A stretch of 64,000 nucleotides of DNA from an uncultured bacterium. Lineage in GTDB: Bacteria; Verrucomicrobiota; Kiritimatiellia; RFP12; UBA1067. This document shows positions 63,448 through 64,000 of this stretch, piece after piece. Every line of letters begins with the position of its first letter. Within the stretch, counting starts at the first letter, position 1. The stretch covers positions 3,554-67,553 of the forward strand of contig CACZHC010000001.1 in assembly GCA_902780865.1 (NCBI GenBank). The letters run 5' to 3'. Position numbers and translations under genes: made by a program. The notes below the pieces were generated by a model. It was not told the DNA's origin, did no database searches, and worked only from the letters and a program-made list of their open reading frames with translations.

Positions 63448-64000
63448 ATGGCCAATGTACACGGAGTTGCGGGCGAGTGGGCCCGGGTGAAGGGCATGGT
63501 GACAGGGCTTTGGCCTCTGTTTCTCGGCGTGTTCATAGCTGGTTTCGCCGTCGCCGCGACGGCTTTTGCCGACGTGGTGTGGGGGCTTGCGCTGCTTGTG
63601 GCGGCGATCACATATTCATGCTGGAGCCTTTTGAAGGGGCTTCGCCACGCCGAGCGCTTCTTCAAGGGCGCGCGCGGCGAGGAGCGCGTCTCCAGCATAC
63701 TCGCGCATCTGCCCGACGCCTACCACGTCTTCAACGACTTTGTCGCCGACGGCAAGCATGTCGACCATGTCGTTGCCGGGCCGGCGGGCGTGTTCGCCGT
63801 CGAGACGAAATACTGGCGCGGCAATGTGACGGTCGAGGACGGGCGCATACTCCTCGACGGGCGGCTTCCCGACCGCGACCCCCTCGAGCAGGCGAAGAAG
63901 GAGGCGCAGCTCGTCAAGACGGCGCTGGCCGCCGCCGGCTGGAACGGCGCGGTGACGCCCGTCCTTGCGTTCGCGTCCGACACGTTCAGGCAGCATATTG
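63448..64000 (+). CDS. NERD-domain-containing membrane protein, 3'-partial (runs off the window end)
   Basis: MANVHGVAGEWARVKGMVTGLWPLFLGVFIAGFAVAATAF.. (TM segment), then ..HVFNDFVADGKHVDHVVAGPAGVFAVETKYWRGNV.. matching the NERD core. Not in the ORF track because no stop occurs within the window. Confidence 0.55.
   Translation, partial: MANVHGVAGEWARVKGMVTGLWPLFLGVFIAGFAVAATAFADVVWGLALLVAAITYSCWSLLKGLRHAERFFKGARGEERVSSILAHLPDAYHVFNDFVADGKHVDHVVAGPAGVFAVETKYWRGNVTVEDGRILLDGRLPDRDPLEQAKKEAQLVKTALAAAGWNGAVTPVLAFASDTFRQHI

Noticed and set aside
1-64000. tRNA, rRNA, CRISPR, transposase, integrase or phage genes
   Set aside because: None recognised on either strand by eye. No cloverleaf-compatible conserved tRNA motifs in intergenic regions. 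No spacer-repeat arrays.

Overview
High-GC (~63-65%) bacterial window in which all 31 supportable genes lie on the + strand. The long minus-strand ORFs in the track are antisense artefacts. The flanks carry housekeeping genes: tsaD (5' partial), rpsT, pgk, a class I fumarate hydratase alpha-like gene, an ABC-F ATPase, an ArnT/PMT-like glycosyltransferase, dxs and a 3'-partial NERD-domain gene. A GntR-HTH/LacI-ligand-domain regulator and a NarL-type two-component pair are also present. The central ~50 kb is an accessory island of signal-peptide-bearing proteins. It holds PATR/autotransporter-like beta-helix repeat proteins and five paralogous LamG / Fn3 / discoidin + parallel beta-helix (DIGCYE) proteins, including a 1696-aa giant with two DUF2341-like modules. 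It also holds a C10 (streptopain-like) peptidase, an S8 subtilase, an M14-like carboxypeptidase, GH16, GH5 and other clan GH-A glycoside hydrolases, and a heparinase II/III-like lyase. Three things here look undescribed. (1) A ~45-bp promoter module, the inverted repeat TACAC-TTTC-GTGTA abutting TTGCCG-N18-TGGTAnAAT, occurs 8 times, each immediately upstream of one secreted-protein gene. Direct-repeat variants of the same CTACA(C) half-site sit upstream of two further genes. (2) Eight of the large surface proteins end in the same very short C-terminal signature (Gly/Ser-x-hydrophobic-x-hydrophobic-hydrophobic-Arg-COOH, e.g. ALVIIVR, FAIFVR), consistent with a new sorting or anchoring tail. (3) Many of these promoters yield leaderless transcripts or a ~10-codon leaderless uORF. 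Other oddities are a frameshifted GH5 gene, recent paralog duplications that include flanking DNA, an AT-rich 8-mer tandem repeat inside dxs, and an ABC-F gene with a degenerate NBD1.
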